Source: an uncultured Bacilli bacterium (lineage in GTDB: Bacteria > Bacillota_I > Bacilli_A > RF39 > UBA660). From it: a stretch of 50,103 bases of DNA. The position numbers and the translations under genes are program-made. Below are positions 8,757 to 19,430 of the stretch, piece by piece (positions within the stretch are counted from its first letter, which is position 1; each line of letters opens with the position of its first letter). The stretch lies in NCBI GenBank assembly GCA_947628585.1, contig CANRAL010000004.1:1-50103 (forward strand), written 5' to 3'. The notes beneath the pieces were generated by a model. The model was not told the origin of the DNA. It searched no databases and saw only the letters and a program-made list of their open reading frames with translations.

Positions 8757-10598
8757 ATGAAAGAAAAAATCCTATTAGGTATTAATACTTTTTTAACGGT
8801 ATTTGCCTTTACAATTAATTTAACCAATAGTCAAGATATCATTGATATTCATAAACCTTTAAAGATAAGTATCTTTTTTATTTTAATTATTAGTATTTTC
8901 TTTTACCTATACTATACTAAATATAGAAAATTAAAACTTAAAAAACCTTTTATATTTAAAATATTAGCATTAATATATAGTATTTTTATGCTTATAGGTA
9001 ATAGTTATGAAACAGTTGGAAATTATTCTTTAATTTTAGGTAATATCTATGTTTTAATAATTTCTTTTCTAATGCTAATTGGTTATTATTTTCTTTTTAA
9101 TAGTTTAATTAACTTTATATATTATTTTTTAAAAAATAAAAAATTTAAAAAAAAAGATAATAAAATAACTGATTTTATCTTTAATAAACATCCTTTTATC
9201 CTTTCTTTTCTTATTATGTTTATAGCCTATTTACCTTATTTAATTGCTTATTTTCCTGGGATATTATCTCCCGATCCTAGTTTTCAAATTGAACAATTTT
9301 TAGGTATTAAAACTAAATATAGTGATTATACAATTATGTTAGATGAAAATGTAACGATTACTAATCATCATCCCGTTACTCATACTGTTCTTTTAGGTTC
9401 TTTTGCTAAATTAGGTTTAAAGATGGGTTCTATTAATTGGGGAATATTTCTTTATACTTTAATTCAAACTATTGCCCTTATTTCTTTATTTAGTTATATT
9501 ATCCTCTATTTTAAAAAATTAAATACACCTTTAATAATAAGAATATTATCTTTAATTATATATAGTTTTACTCCTGTTTTTCCTTTTTATGCTATCTCTC
9601 CTGTCAAAGATGTATATTTTGCAATATTTGTTATTCTTTATATTATTCGTTTATTTGATTTAATAAAATATCAAAATTTTTCCTTAAAGAATTTAAGTAT
9701 CTTAAGTATATTAATGCTATTAATAACTTTATTTAGGAATAATGGAATATATTTAATTATAATGTCTTTTCCTTTTATGTTATTGGCTTATCCTAAAAAA
9801 GGAAGTAAATTATTAATTACTTTTTTAATACCCGTTATATGTTATTATAGTTTTACTAATGTATTACTCCCCTATTTAAAAATTACTCCAGGTAGTATTA
9901 GAGAAACCTTGTCCTTACCTTTTCAACAAACTGCAAGATATGTTAAATATCATAGTAATGAGATTACAGAAGAAGAAAAAATGGTAATAGATAAAGTGTT
10001 AGAATATGATACTTTAGCTACTCGATATAAAACTAATATTGCGGATCCGGTTAAAAATAAGTATAATAAATATAGTACCGATGAAGATTTAAATAATTAT
10101 TTAAAAGTATGGTGGATTCAATTTAAAAAACATCCGGGAACTTATTTTAATGCAACTATGGCGAATACTTATGGTTATATTTATCCTGATACTCATAATT
10201 GGTATATATATCATAAATATTATTCTTATTTAAAAGATGTAGGTTTGGATTACCATTACAATAATTTAGAAAATTTAAGAAATGGGCTTTATTATTATGG
10301 TGAGGTTTTTCCTTATATTCCTGGATTAGGAATGATAGTTAATATTGGTTTTGCTACTTGGTTATGGATGTTAATATTTACTTATTTAATCAAATTAAAA
10401 AAGTATAAATATTTAATTATTACTTGTCCCGTTATATCTATCATCTTAGTTTGTTTCGCAGGACCAGTTAATACTTATTTTCGCTATACTTTGAGTTATG
10501 TATTTGCGATTCCTATAATTATAGCAATTTTCTTAAATATATTAGAAGGAGTGAAAAAAGATGAAAAAAATCGCGGTTTTAATACCATGTTACAATGA
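8757..10598 (+). CDS. Polytopic membrane protein, DUF6020-like putative GT-C (GtrII role)
   Basis: YFPG..SPD, NHHP..HT, KD, RNNG, late RY motif; operon with GT2 and GtrA. Confidence 0.7.
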   Translation: MKEKILLGINTFLTVFAFTINLTNSQDIIDIHKPLKISIFFILIISIFFYLYYTKYRKLKLKKPFIFKILALIYSIFMLIGNSYETVGNYSLILGNIYVLIISFLMLIGYYFLFNSLINFIYYFLKNKKFKKKDNKITDFIFNKHPFILSFLIMFIAYLPYLIAYFPGILSPDPSFQIEQFLGIKTKYSDYTIMLDENVTITNHHPVTHTVLLGSFAKLGLKMGSINWGIFLYTLIQTIALISLFSYIILYFKKLNTPLIIRILSLIIYSFTPVFPFYAISPVKDVYFAIFVILYIIRLFDLIKYQNFSLKNLSILSILMLLITLFRNNGIYLIIMSFPFMLLAYPKKGSKLLITFLIPVICYYSFTNVLLPYLKITPGSIRETLSLPFQQTARYVKYHSNEITEEEKMVIDKVLEYDTLATRYKTNIADPVKNKYNKYSTDEDLNNYLKVWWIQFKKHPGTYFNATMANTYGYIYPDTHNWYIYHKYYSYLKDVGLDYHYNNLENLRNGLYYYGEVFPYIPGLGMIVNIGFATWLWMLIFTYLIKLKKYKYLIITCPVISIILVCFAGPVNTYFRYTLSYVFAIPIIIAIFLNILEGVKKDEKNRGFNTMLQ

Positions 10599-11490
10599 AA
10601 GTAAAACAATTGAAAAAGTAATTAAAGATTACAAAAAAGCTTTACCCCATGCCGATATTTATGTTTATGATAATAATTCAACTGATGGAACTGATGAAAT
10701 AGCTAAAAAAAATGGAGCTATCGTTAGATACGAATATCGCCAAGGAAAAGGTAATGTTATTAGAACAATGTTTAAAGAAATTAAAGCAGATTGCTATTTA
10801 ATGATTGATGGTGATGATACCTATCCCGCGGAAAACGCGAAAGAAATGTGTGATTTAGTTTTAGAGGGAAAAGCCGATATGGTTATTGGTGATCGATTAT
10901 CTAGTACTTATTTTGATGAAAATAAAAGACCATTTCATAACTTTGGAAATAGTCTCGTAAGATTTCTTATTAATAAAATATTTAAAAATAATATTAAAGA
11001 TATTATGACCGGATATCGGGCTTTTAGTTATGAATTTGTCAAAAGCTTTCCTATAATTTCTAAAGGATTTGAAATTGAAACTGAAATGACTATCCATGCA
11101 GTAGATAAAAATTTTAAATTAAAAGAAATTCCTATTTCTTATCGAGATAGACCTGAAGGCAGTGTTTCTAAATTAAATACTTATTCCGATGGGTTTAAAG
11201 TTTTAAAAACAATAGGTACCTTATTCGCCGAATATAAGCCTTTATTATTTTTTAATATTCTCGCTTTATTCTTTTTAATAATAACTTTAATATTAGGTAT
11301 TCCACCATTTGTCGAATATTTTAAAACTGGTTTAGTTTTAAGATTTCCTAGTTTAATTGTAGCATCAATTTCTTTAGTAATAGCTATTCTCTTATCCATC
11401 GCCGGTATAATTTTACAAATAATTAATAAAAAACATAAAGAACTCTATGAATTATATTTATTAAACTTAGGAGAACAAAATGATAAATAA
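10561..11490 (+). CDS. GT2 polyprenol-phosphate glycosyltransferase (GtrB-like)
   Basis: LIPCYNE, DNNSTD, DGDDTY, two C-terminal TMs. Confidence 0.9.
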   Translation: MKKIAVLIPCYNESKTIEKVIKDYKKALPHADIYVYDNNSTDGTDEIAKKNGAIVRYEYRQGKGNVIRTMFKEIKADCYLMIDGDDTYPAENAKEMCDLVLEGKADMVIGDRLSSTYFDENKRPFHNFGNSLVRFLINKIFKNNIKDIMTGYRAFSYEFVKSFPIISKGFEIETEMTIHAVDKNFKLKEIPISYRDRPEGSVSKLNTYSDGFKVLKTIGTLFAEYKPLLFFNILALFFLIITLILGIPPFVEYFKTGLVLRFPSLIVASISLVIAILLSIAGIILQIINKKHKELYELYLLNLGEQNDK

Positions 11491-11878
11491 TTTACTGAAA
11501 AATAATTTAGTTAGACAAATATTAAAATTTGGAGTTGTTGGTGGCAGTGCTTTTATAATTGATTATGGAATATTTACTTTATTAAGTCAATTATTAGGTA
11601 TTCATTATTTAATAGCTTCAATTATATCCTTTAGTATATCAGTTATCTATAACTATATTTTAAGTATTAAATGGGTATTTAATGTTAATAAAAAACAAAC
11701 AACTAAAGATTTCGTAGTATTTATTATTTTAAGTGTTATTGGTTTAGGATTAAATTCATTGATATTATATATTTGCGTTGATTTAATTCATATTCATGAA
11801 ATGTTAGGGAAAATTATTGCTACTGCTATTGTTATGGTTTATAATTTTATAACCCGAAAAATATTTATTGAAAAATAA
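11480..11878 (+). CDS. gtrA: GtrA family flippase
   Basis: KFGVVGG..., YNY..S..WVF, about 4 TM, 132 aa. Confidence 0.88.
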   Translation: MINNLLKNNLVRQILKFGVVGGSAFIIDYGIFTLLSQLLGIHYLIASIISFSISVIYNYILSIKWVFNVNKKQTTKDFVVFIILSVIGLGLNSLILYICVDLIHIHEMLGKIIATAIVMVYNFITRKIFIEK

Positions 11879-11902
11879 CTCCAAATAAATGGAGTTTTTT
11901 TA
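11877..11902 (+). terminator. Terminator of the gtr operon
   Basis: AACTCCA-AATAAA-TGGAGTT followed by T tract. Confidence 0.65.
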
Positions 11903-11928
11903 TTTAAAAAAAGTAACCTTTGGGGTTA

Positions 11929-13398
11929 CTAATCTTTAGGTTTCATCATTGGGAATAAAACTACATCTCTTATTGATGGTTGATTAAAAATAATCATCAT
12001 CAAACGATCAATTCCAAAACCTAAACCAGATATTGGAGGCATTCCTTGTTCCATAGCCATTAAAAATGATTCATCCATTTCCATAGTCTCATCATCCCCT
12101 TGCGCTTTAGCTTTTAATTGTTCTTCAAAAGTTTCCCTTTGAACAACTGGATCAACTAATTCGGAATAAGCTTTACATAATTCCGTACCAGCCGCTAAAA
12201 CTTGGAAAACATCAATAACACGTTTATCTTGGTCATTGCGTCGAGCTAAAGGAATCAATACAGCCGGATAATTATATATTATGGTTGGTTCCATAATATT
12301 AGCTCTAATTAATTTTTTATAACTAAAATCAATAATTTGACTTAAAGATTTATATTCTTCTAATTCTTCCCTTGTAAATAAGCCCTTTTCAACAATTTTT
12401 TGTTTTAATATATCTGGTTCCGTAATATCTAAAAAATCAAAACCTAATATTTTGGTTAATTCTTCAACATAATTAATTCTTTGCCAATTTTCTTTACCAA
12501 AGTCCAATGTATTTCCTTGGTATTCTATTTTAGTAGTACCAACTATTTCCATAAGTAAACCTTTAATAAATTTTTGATAAAATTGAATATTATCTTCAAA
12601 ATTCCAATAAGAAGCATACCATTCTACTTGTGTAAACTCTTGTAAATGTTCAGAATCCATACCTTCATTTCGAAAACATTTAGCTACTTCATAAACTTTA
12701 TCAAATCCCCCGGCGATGCATTGTTTTAAATATGTTTCGGGGGCGATTCGTAAATTACAGTCCATATCTAAAGTATTATGATGCGTATAAAATGGTTTAG
12801 CACTAGCACCACAAACAGCACTTTGCAAAATTGGCGTTTCTACTTCTAAAAAGCCATTTTCCCCTAAAAACTTATGAATATAAGCATACAATTTACTCCG
12901 TCCTAAAAATACTTTACGAGCTTCTTCATTCATAATTAAATCGACATAACGTTCCCGATATTTTATTTCGGTATCGGTTAAACCATGGAACTTTTCAGGT
13001 AATACTCTTAAAGCTTTTCCTAAAAATTCAAATTTTTTAACTCTTAAAGTTTTTTCTCCAGTTTGAGTCGTAAAAATTTCTCCTTCAGCTCCAACAAAAT
13101 CTCCAACATCGATAAGTTTTTTAAAAAATTCGTAATTATCTTCCCCTACTTCATCAATTTTAAATTCTAATTGCATATCGCTTTCAATATCGCGAATTCT
13201 GACGAAAGAAAGTTTTCCCATTTTTCGAGCAAAAACAATTCTGCCGGCAATTTTGACATTTTCGGTTCCATCGGATAATTCTCTAGCTTCTTTTAAAGAA
13301 TGCGTTTTAGGATATCTTTCAGGATAAGGATTAGTAACTTCTTTAATTTTTTCTAATTTTTCTCTCCTTACTTGTTCTTGTTCATTATATTCTCGCAT
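11929..13398 (-). CDS. lysS: Lysine--tRNA ligase class II
   Basis: OB fold, FLEVETP, LRIAPE, FRNEG, GMPP.SGLGFGIDRL; start at 13398 after AGGTGA. Confidence 0.97.
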   Translation of the reverse strand: MREYNEQEQVRREKLEKIKEVTNPYPERYPKTHSLKEARELSDGTENVKIAGRIVFARKMGKLSFVRIRDIESDMQLEFKIDEVGEDNYEFFKKLIDVGDFVGAEGEIFTTQTGEKTLRVKKFEFLGKALRVLPEKFHGLTDTEIKYRERYVDLIMNEEARKVFLGRSKLYAYIHKFLGENGFLEVETPILQSAVCGASAKPFYTHHNTLDMDCNLRIAPETYLKQCIAGGFDKVYEVAKCFRNEGMDSEHLQEFTQVEWYASYWNFEDNIQFYQKFIKGLLMEIVGTTKIEYQGNTLDFGKENWQRINYVEELTKILGFDFLDITEPDILKQKIVEKGLFTREELEEYKSLSQIIDFSYKKLIRANIMEPTIIYNYPAVLIPLARRNDQDKRVIDVFQVLAAGTELCKAYSELVDPVVQRETFEEQLKAKAQGDDETMEMDESFLMAMEQGMPPISGLGFGIDRLMMIIFNQPSIRDVVLFPMMKPKD

Positions 13399-13464
13399 AT
13401 TTCTCACCTAGGCATATTGTACCATAAAAAAACAATCTTAGAAACCTAAGATTGCTATTTTCCA

Positions 13465-14007
13465 TTAAATTTTGAACATTTTTGTGTTTTTCTTAGTTAT
13501 ATAGTAAGTAACAAAAGCTACACCCAAACCACAAGTTAAAACGATTATAGGTAGTGTTACACCAGTACTAGGTTGTTTTTCAGGAGTTAAAGTTTGTTCT
13601 ACAGCAGTTAATCCTTTAGGAGTAAATGAAATACTACATCCTACTGTATCTTGAGGCATTGTTACAGTGAATGAACCAAAATTAATATCGGCATCACTAA
13701 CAGATTCTAAAGATAATAAATGGATTTTTAAATTATCATCACTAATACTAGTCCAGCCATCATTTAATTTTAATTCCTTAAATTGAACTTTATCAGCTGG
13801 GGTTAATTTAATATCTGCTTCAAATTCAGTAATTGCTTCCGTATTACCAGTTAATCCAAAGGTACAAGTTTTTGTACACATACCATCGGCATCAACCGTA
13901 CAATTTTTATCGCATTCAAATTTAACTTTTGTCGCTGCTAATGCACTAGGCATTAAAAGCAATACTCCTAAAACTCCTACTAACCAAAAACTTAAAAATT
14001 TCTTCAC
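13465..14007 (-). CDS. Secreted cohesin-like surface protein with QPSTG sorting signal
   Basis: Signal peptide ending ALA, beta-rich domain, QPSTG + TM + KK tail; divergent from a class B sortase. Confidence 0.65.
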   Translation of the reverse strand: MKKFLSFWLVGVLGVLLLMPSALAATKVKFECDKNCTVDADGMCTKTCTFGLTGNTEAITEFEADIKLTPADKVQFKELKLNDGWTSISDDNLKIHLLSLESVSDADINFGSFTVTMPQDTVGCSISFTPKGLTAVEQTLTPEKQPSTGVTLPIIVLTCGLGVAFVTYYITKKNTKMFKI

Positions 14008-14136
14008 ACAACATCTCTCCTATCTCTATTATGTCTAAATTATATCATAAAAATACAAAAAACAACATATTTTTTACAAATTTATATTAAAAAGTGTAAA
14101 TTTGTGTTATTATATTAATGATAATAGGTGATGATA

Positions 14137-15711
14137 ATGAAGAAAATTCTTATTAAGATAAATAATAATACCTTAATATTTCGCGAAAGAAAAAAAATAA
14201 ATAGTGAATATAAAAGTATTATAAATACCAATGTAATAAGTTGTAATGAATTATTATTTTCTGATGAATATATGGTTGACAATCCTAAATTAGTATCAGC
14301 TTTTTTAACAGAATTAGCTAAATCAAATAATTTAGATACAGCCATTATTGAAAATGATAATTTAACATTAATTATATTAGATGTTATTAAAAGTAATCCT
14401 TATTTAGTTAATTTAATTTTAAAAGAAGATAAACCATTAAGTTTTAAAGCTTGTGAAAAAATAACGGAGTCTTATATAAAAAGCTTAAACTGTTATAATT
14501 TACAAGAATTTATGTTGGAAATTTTAGATAAATATCATGTCTTAGTAGAATGTCGAAGTGAAATTCTATTCCCTTCCCGATTTATGAAAGGAAATAATTT
14601 ATCTAGTTACTCTTCTTTATTTTATAAAATCACTATTCATTTAAGTTTACCTTTTAATAATGACGATGAAGAAGATTTTAAAACCTTTATTAAGATTAAT
14701 AAATATTTAAAATACATTCATGTAAACCATGTAACCCGAAGTGATTTAGAAACTATTGTAGAAATATTAAAAAAATATAATAAAAAAAATATCCGAATCT
14801 TAATAAATGAAAATATTAATGATTTAAATACTATAGAATATTTAAAAAATTATAATAAAAAGCATAGTAAAAGATATAAAATATATTTTAAAATTTGTTA
14901 TAGTGATAGTTATTTACAAGAAAATTTAATAAAACAAACAAATACTAATATTTTAAAGGTATGTGGTTTAATTATAATATTTATTATTACAGCAACATTT
15001 AGTTATGTTTTTTATGATAATTATCATTCTATGCAAAAAGTATCAACTATTCAAGAAAATCTAAAAAAAGTTATTGAAATAACTGATACGGAAGAAATAA
15101 TAGCTAATTTAAGTCCCGAAGTAATTGAAGAAGAAAAACCAATTAATGAAGAAATTGCTAGCTTACTTACAGTTAATCCCGATGTGGTAGGATGGCTAAA
15201 AGTTAACAATACTAATATTGATTATCCAACTGTTAGAGCTAATAATAATGAATACTATTTATCTCATAATATATATTTAGAAAATGATGTTAATGGTTGG
15301 GTCTTTACTGATTATCGTAATGATCCTTTGGCAGTTAATGATAATTTAATAATTTATGCTCATAATCGTTACTATAGTGGTGTAATGTTTGGAACTTTAT
15401 CAAATACTACTAAAAAAAGTTGGTATTCTAAAGAAGAGAATCAAATAATTACCTATAAAACTTTAAATGAAACTTATAAATATAAAATATTTTCTATTTA
15501 TAAAATATATAAAACTAATGATTATATAGCGACTTCATTTACTGATGCCGAAGCCAAAAATGTCTTTTACAATAAATTAAAAGATCGAAGTATTTATAAC
15601 TTCAATGTCCCTGTAAATGGCGATGATAAAATATTAACTTTATCTACTTGTGCTGATGAAAATAATCGAATAGTTGTACATGCTGTATTACAAAAAGATT
15701 TAGCGGATTAA
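14137..15711 (+). CDS. srtB: Class B sortase with an approximately 270-aa N-terminal extension
   Basis: NPDVVGWL.V..TNIDYP, NEYYL.H, IYAHN, MFG.L, LTLSTC..R; TM around aa 277-295. Confidence 0.85.
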   Translation: MKKILIKINNNTLIFRERKKINSEYKSIINTNVISCNELLFSDEYMVDNPKLVSAFLTELAKSNNLDTAIIENDNLTLIILDVIKSNPYLVNLILKEDKPLSFKACEKITESYIKSLNCYNLQEFMLEILDKYHVLVECRSEILFPSRFMKGNNLSSYSSLFYKITIHLSLPFNNDDEEDFKTFIKINKYLKYIHVNHVTRSDLETIVEILKKYNKKNIRILINENINDLNTIEYLKNYNKKHSKRYKIYFKICYSDSYLQENLIKQTNTNILKVCGLIIIFIITATFSYVFYDNYHSMQKVSTIQENLKKVIEITDTEEIIANLSPEVIEEEKPINEEIASLLTVNPDVVGWLKVNNTNIDYPTVRANNNEYYLSHNIYLENDVNGWVFTDYRNDPLAVNDNLIIYAHNRYYSGVMFGTLSNTTKKSWYSKEENQIITYKTLNETYKYKIFSIYKIYKTNDYIATSFTDAEAKNVFYNKLKDRSIYNFNVPVNGDDKILTLSTCADENNRIVVHAVLQKDLAD

Positions 15712-15726
15712 TTGCTAAATCTTTTT
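15694..15726. terminator. Bidirectional terminator
   Basis: AAAGATTTAGC...GCTAAATCTTT between convergent genes. Confidence 0.65.
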
Positions 15727-16492
15727 ATTTGGCATATAAATCACTACTATACCAATAATAATTACCTTCATCATTGATTTTAAAAGTATGTTTATATTTA
15801 ACTATATTATCTTTATTACTAAGTATATTAATTTCATAACTTACCTTGTTATTTTTCATTGTTAACTTTTCATCATTATAACAAATCTTAGTATTTTTAT
15901 CACATTTAATATAATAGTCATAAATTATTAAATCCTTATTTCTATTTAATTCATAACTGGTAATATCATTATATATATAATATTGTTCATTAGCATTATT
16001 ATCTTTTTCATATATATAAATATTTTCTTTTTCTTTTGCATAATAACCATATAAATTATTTGTATTAAAGTTAACATAATTTATTTTAACATCATTACCA
16101 AATAAATTATATATAGCGGAATTATATGTTTCTAATGGTACTTTAGCTAAAGCTTTAGCATCACTTACATTAGGCACTACTTCTATAAGTTCATTATTGG
16201 ATAAAGAATTAGAAGAAATTAAATTATGTTCTTGTAAATAATAATAGCCTAAAGTTAAAATCGTTTCATAATCTAAACTACTATATTTCGTAAAATAACC
16301 ATTATAAAAGCCATATTTAGCTTCATATTTATTAGTTAATAACATATTATGAGTTTCATTTACAACATCTTCACTAACCGTAATTTCATCTTTTTTTCCT
16401 TCAAAATTAAAGACTTTTAAAAAAATTAAAATAAATAAAAAGACAAAAATTGCCACGATAAAAAAGATAAATATTTTTGATTTATTCTTCAT
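15725..16492 (-). CDS. Hypothetical membrane-anchored extracellular protein
   Basis: N-terminal TM, RBS AGGTGAGG; no recognised motif. Confidence 0.7.
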   Translation of the reverse strand: MKNKSKIFIFFIVAIFVFLFILIFLKVFNFEGKKDEITVSEDVVNETHNMLLTNKYEAKYGFYNGYFTKYSSLDYETILTLGYYYLQEHNLISSNSLSNNELIEVVPNVSDAKALAKVPLETYNSAIYNLFGNDVKINYVNFNTNNLYGYYAKEKENIYIYEKDNNANEQYYIYNDITSYELNRNKDLIIYDYYIKCDKNTKICYNDEKLTMKNNKVSYEINILSNKDNIVKYKHTFKINDEGNYYWYSSDLYAK

Positions 16493-16542
16493 ATTCCTCA
16501 CCTATTTTAATAATATCAAAAGATAAAAAAAAAGACAAGTAT

Positions 16543-17988
16543 TTAACTTGCCACAATTGGTTTACATGTATAACCTTTATTTGCATAATAGGCTGCTACT
16601 TCTGCATAATTAACTGGAAATTCGCCTTCTGCTTCACTATTAAGCATATCTTTAGTTAAAGTATTTTTAATAGTAAACGTTAAATTAGAATCATCATAAG
16701 TAGTAATACCAGTTATACCATCATAAGTAAATTCTGCAGGTTTATCACCAACAATATCATTATAGTTTTCTAAAGTATCAATTTTATAAATATAATTTCT
16801 ATATGCGTAATCTATAAAGATATAACCATTACCACTTGTTTCATTAGCTCCCATAGCGATAAAATCAGTCATAATATCGTTACTACAACTTAAATATAAT
16901 CTAATTGGTTGAGCTAAAACAATTAAGTTGGAAGTAATAACATTTTCTTTTTCGCCGCCATCTTTAACTTTTATTCTAATTTCTCTATTACCAGTTGCAG
17001 TAACTAATTTAGCAAATTCATAATCTTCAGCAAATTCGTAAGTACAATTTTCCATCGTACAAGAATTTTCTTCAATGAAATCAGCAGCAGTATATTCATT
17101 AGTACTATTTACACTAGTAACAACTTCTTTTGGTGTCGCACTAGGTAATAAATTATTAATTATTGTTATATTACCTTTAAATACTTGATCATTACATTTA
17201 ACACTATATTCATAAGTACCTTCTTTCGTAACATCAACTGTATTTGTTACTAAATTACAATTTTTAGGATCGGTACCTGTTATTGTTGCATAACTTGTAA
17301 TATCCGTTGGTAAAGTCGAATTAATTAAAAATTCCATATTATTTACGGTAACATTTATTTTACTATGAGACTTACCTAAAGATAAATAATAATAAACTCC
17401 ATAGGCAATAGCTGCAAGTAAAACTACAATTAGAACAATAAACAAAATTTTATTCATTGGTTTTTTAGAACTAGTATTTTTAGGAATTTCGGTACCCATT
17501 TTTTCTACTTTTTTAGGTTCCACAAAACCATTACTATTACTATTACTATTAGCGCTAGCACTATAAGTCATTGTTCCTGGTATTGGTTGTTCTATTGGTC
17601 CCATATTTGATTCTGTAGCACTCATGTTAGGTACTGTTCCTAAAGATTGATCACTTGGAGCATTAGCACTATTAGAATCAGGAGTTGCTAAATTTTCCAT
17701 ATTATTAGTAATAGGAGAATTATCCATCATCGGACTTGGACTTGCCATATTGTTAGTTGGATTTACATTACCAGGATTTAAATTAGTATTATTTAAATTA
17801 TCTGTTGTACTTGGAGTTGGTGTAGGATTAGTCGCATTCAAATTTTCCATTGGTGTTGGCGTCGGATTTAATCCAGGCGTTGGCGTTGGTGTCGGTGTAG
17901 GATTTGGCATACTTACACTACCCAAAGACGTTGAATTTAACGTTCCATTATTATTTAGATTTTGATTAGTTTGATTTTCATTATTCAT
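16543..17988 (-). CDS. Bitopic protein: Asn/Pro/Thr-rich disordered N-terminus, TM, Ig-like extracellular repeats
   Basis: PTPTPTPTP repeats, TM around aa 181-202, VDVTKEGTYEY Ig-like motif. Confidence 0.7.
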   Translation of the reverse strand: MNNENQTNQNLNNNGTLNSTSLGSVSMPNPTPTPTPTPGLNPTPTPMENLNATNPTPTPSTTDNLNNTNLNPGNVNPTNNMASPSPMMDNSPITNNMENLATPDSNSANAPSDQSLGTVPNMSATESNMGPIEQPIPGTMTYSASANSNSNSNGFVEPKKVEKMGTEIPKNTSSKKPMNKILFIVLIVVLLAAIAYGVYYYLSLGKSHSKINVTVNNMEFLINSTLPTDITSYATITGTDPKNCNLVTNTVDVTKEGTYEYSVKCNDQVFKGNITIINNLLPSATPKEVVTSVNSTNEYTAADFIEENSCTMENCTYEFAEDYEFAKLVTATGNREIRIKVKDGGEKENVITSNLIVLAQPIRLYLSCSNDIMTDFIAMGANETSGNGYIFIDYAYRNYIYKIDTLENYNDIVGDKPAEFTYDGITGITTYDDSNLTFTIKNTLTKDMLNSEAEGEFPVNYAEVAAYYANKGYTCKPIVAS

Positions 17989-18037
17989 ACTATCAGCCCC
18001 TTATTATCAAAACTATACTTAAATTATACCCATTTAA

Positions 18038-19357
18038 TTACATTTTTGCAACAATATTTTTAAATTCATCGCCTCTATCTTCAAATTTTATGTAAACATC
18101 TTGACTGGAAGAAGCTGGAGAAAGCAAAACTATATCTCCTTCTTGAATATTTTCTTTTATTTTTGACATAGCATTTATTAAGGATTCACAATTATAAACT
18201 TCTTTATTGATATCCTTACCATATTGAACTACTCTATTAGTTGTACTTCCAATAGCATAAATTGCTTTTACCCAATTCATATAATTATCTAACTCGTGAA
18301 AATCTTGACCGCGATCAAGTCCTCCTAAAATAAGATGAATAGGTTTATTAAATGTTTTTAAGGCCGTAATGGTAGCCTCAATATTGGTAGATTTGGAATC
18401 ATTATAAAAACTAACATTATTAATTTCCTTTACAAATTCTAATCTATGAGCTACTCCTTGAAAATTATTATAATAATCTTTTATAGCCAATATATCCCAG
18501 CCAAAATTTTTAATAACCAATAATGTAGCTAAAATATTTTCATAGTTATGACTTCCATTTATTTTAATATCATCTAAAGTTAAAACTTTTTCTTTATTTA
18601 TATATATTCCTTCATTATCGTAATAATTAAATTCATCATTAAAATATTCTTTTTTACTTAAAATATCATTACTAATTTCGATAGAATCAACATTTTTCTT
18701 ATTTATTATAGCTAAATTACTTGAAGTATGTTTATTAAAAATTTTCTTCTTAGCCAATTTATATTTTTCATAATTTCCATGATAATCTAAATGAGCTGGA
18801 GAAATATTGGTAACTACACTAATATCCGTATGAAAATTTTTTATATCATTTAATTGATGATCGGATAATTCTAATACTAAAATAGTGTTTTTTTCGATAC
18901 TAGAAATTAAAGAACTTAAAGGATAACCAATATTTCCCCCTAAAACTACCTTAAATCCTAATTCTTTTAATAATTCGTAAATCATAGTTGTAACTGTAGT
19001 TTTACCATTAGTACCAGTTATTCCCACTATTTTCACACCATTAGGCAAATAATTATAAGCTACTTCAATTTCATTTACTAAAGGTATATTTAATTCTTTT
19101 ATTTTATGAACAATTTCACTTGTTGCCATAATCGCCGGATTTTTAATAATTACATCATATGATGCATCAATTAAATCTATTTGATTTTCCTTAATTATTA
19201 TTTTTATTCCTAATTCTTTTAACGCTCTTTCATCGCTTTCCTTTAGAGGTTTAACATCAGTTAAAGTTATGACATTATTTTTATTAGCTAAAAGCTTAGC
19301 AACGGCAATTCCACTTTTCGCAGCCCCTAATATTAGAATTTTTTTATTTTCATACAT
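18038..19357 (-). CDS. murD: UDP-MurNAc-L-Ala--D-Glu ligase
   Basis: ILGAAKSG, GITGTNGKTT, HLDYH, YNDSKSTN, LLSPA; start at 19357 after AGGTGA. Confidence 0.95.
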   Translation of the reverse strand: MYENKKILILGAAKSGIAVAKLLANKNNVITLTDVKPLKESDERALKELGIKIIIKENQIDLIDASYDVIIKNPAIMATSEIVHKIKELNIPLVNEIEVAYNYLPNGVKIVGITGTNGKTTVTTMIYELLKELGFKVVLGGNIGYPLSSLISSIEKNTILVLELSDHQLNDIKNFHTDISVVTNISPAHLDYHGNYEKYKLAKKKIFNKHTSSNLAIINKKNVDSIEISNDILSKKEYFNDEFNYYDNEGIYINKEKVLTLDDIKINGSHNYENILATLLVIKNFGWDILAIKDYYNNFQGVAHRLEFVKEINNVSFYNDSKSTNIEATITALKTFNKPIHLILGGLDRGQDFHELDNYMNWVKAIYAIGSTTNRVVQYGKDINKEVYNCESLINAMSKIKENIQEGDIVLLSPASSSQDVYIKFEDRGDEFKNIVAKM

Positions 19358-19430
19358 AATTTTCTCACCTAATATAATTATATTATTTTGAAAATAATTA
19401 TGCAAACATTAAAAAAGATTAGTCTTTAAA

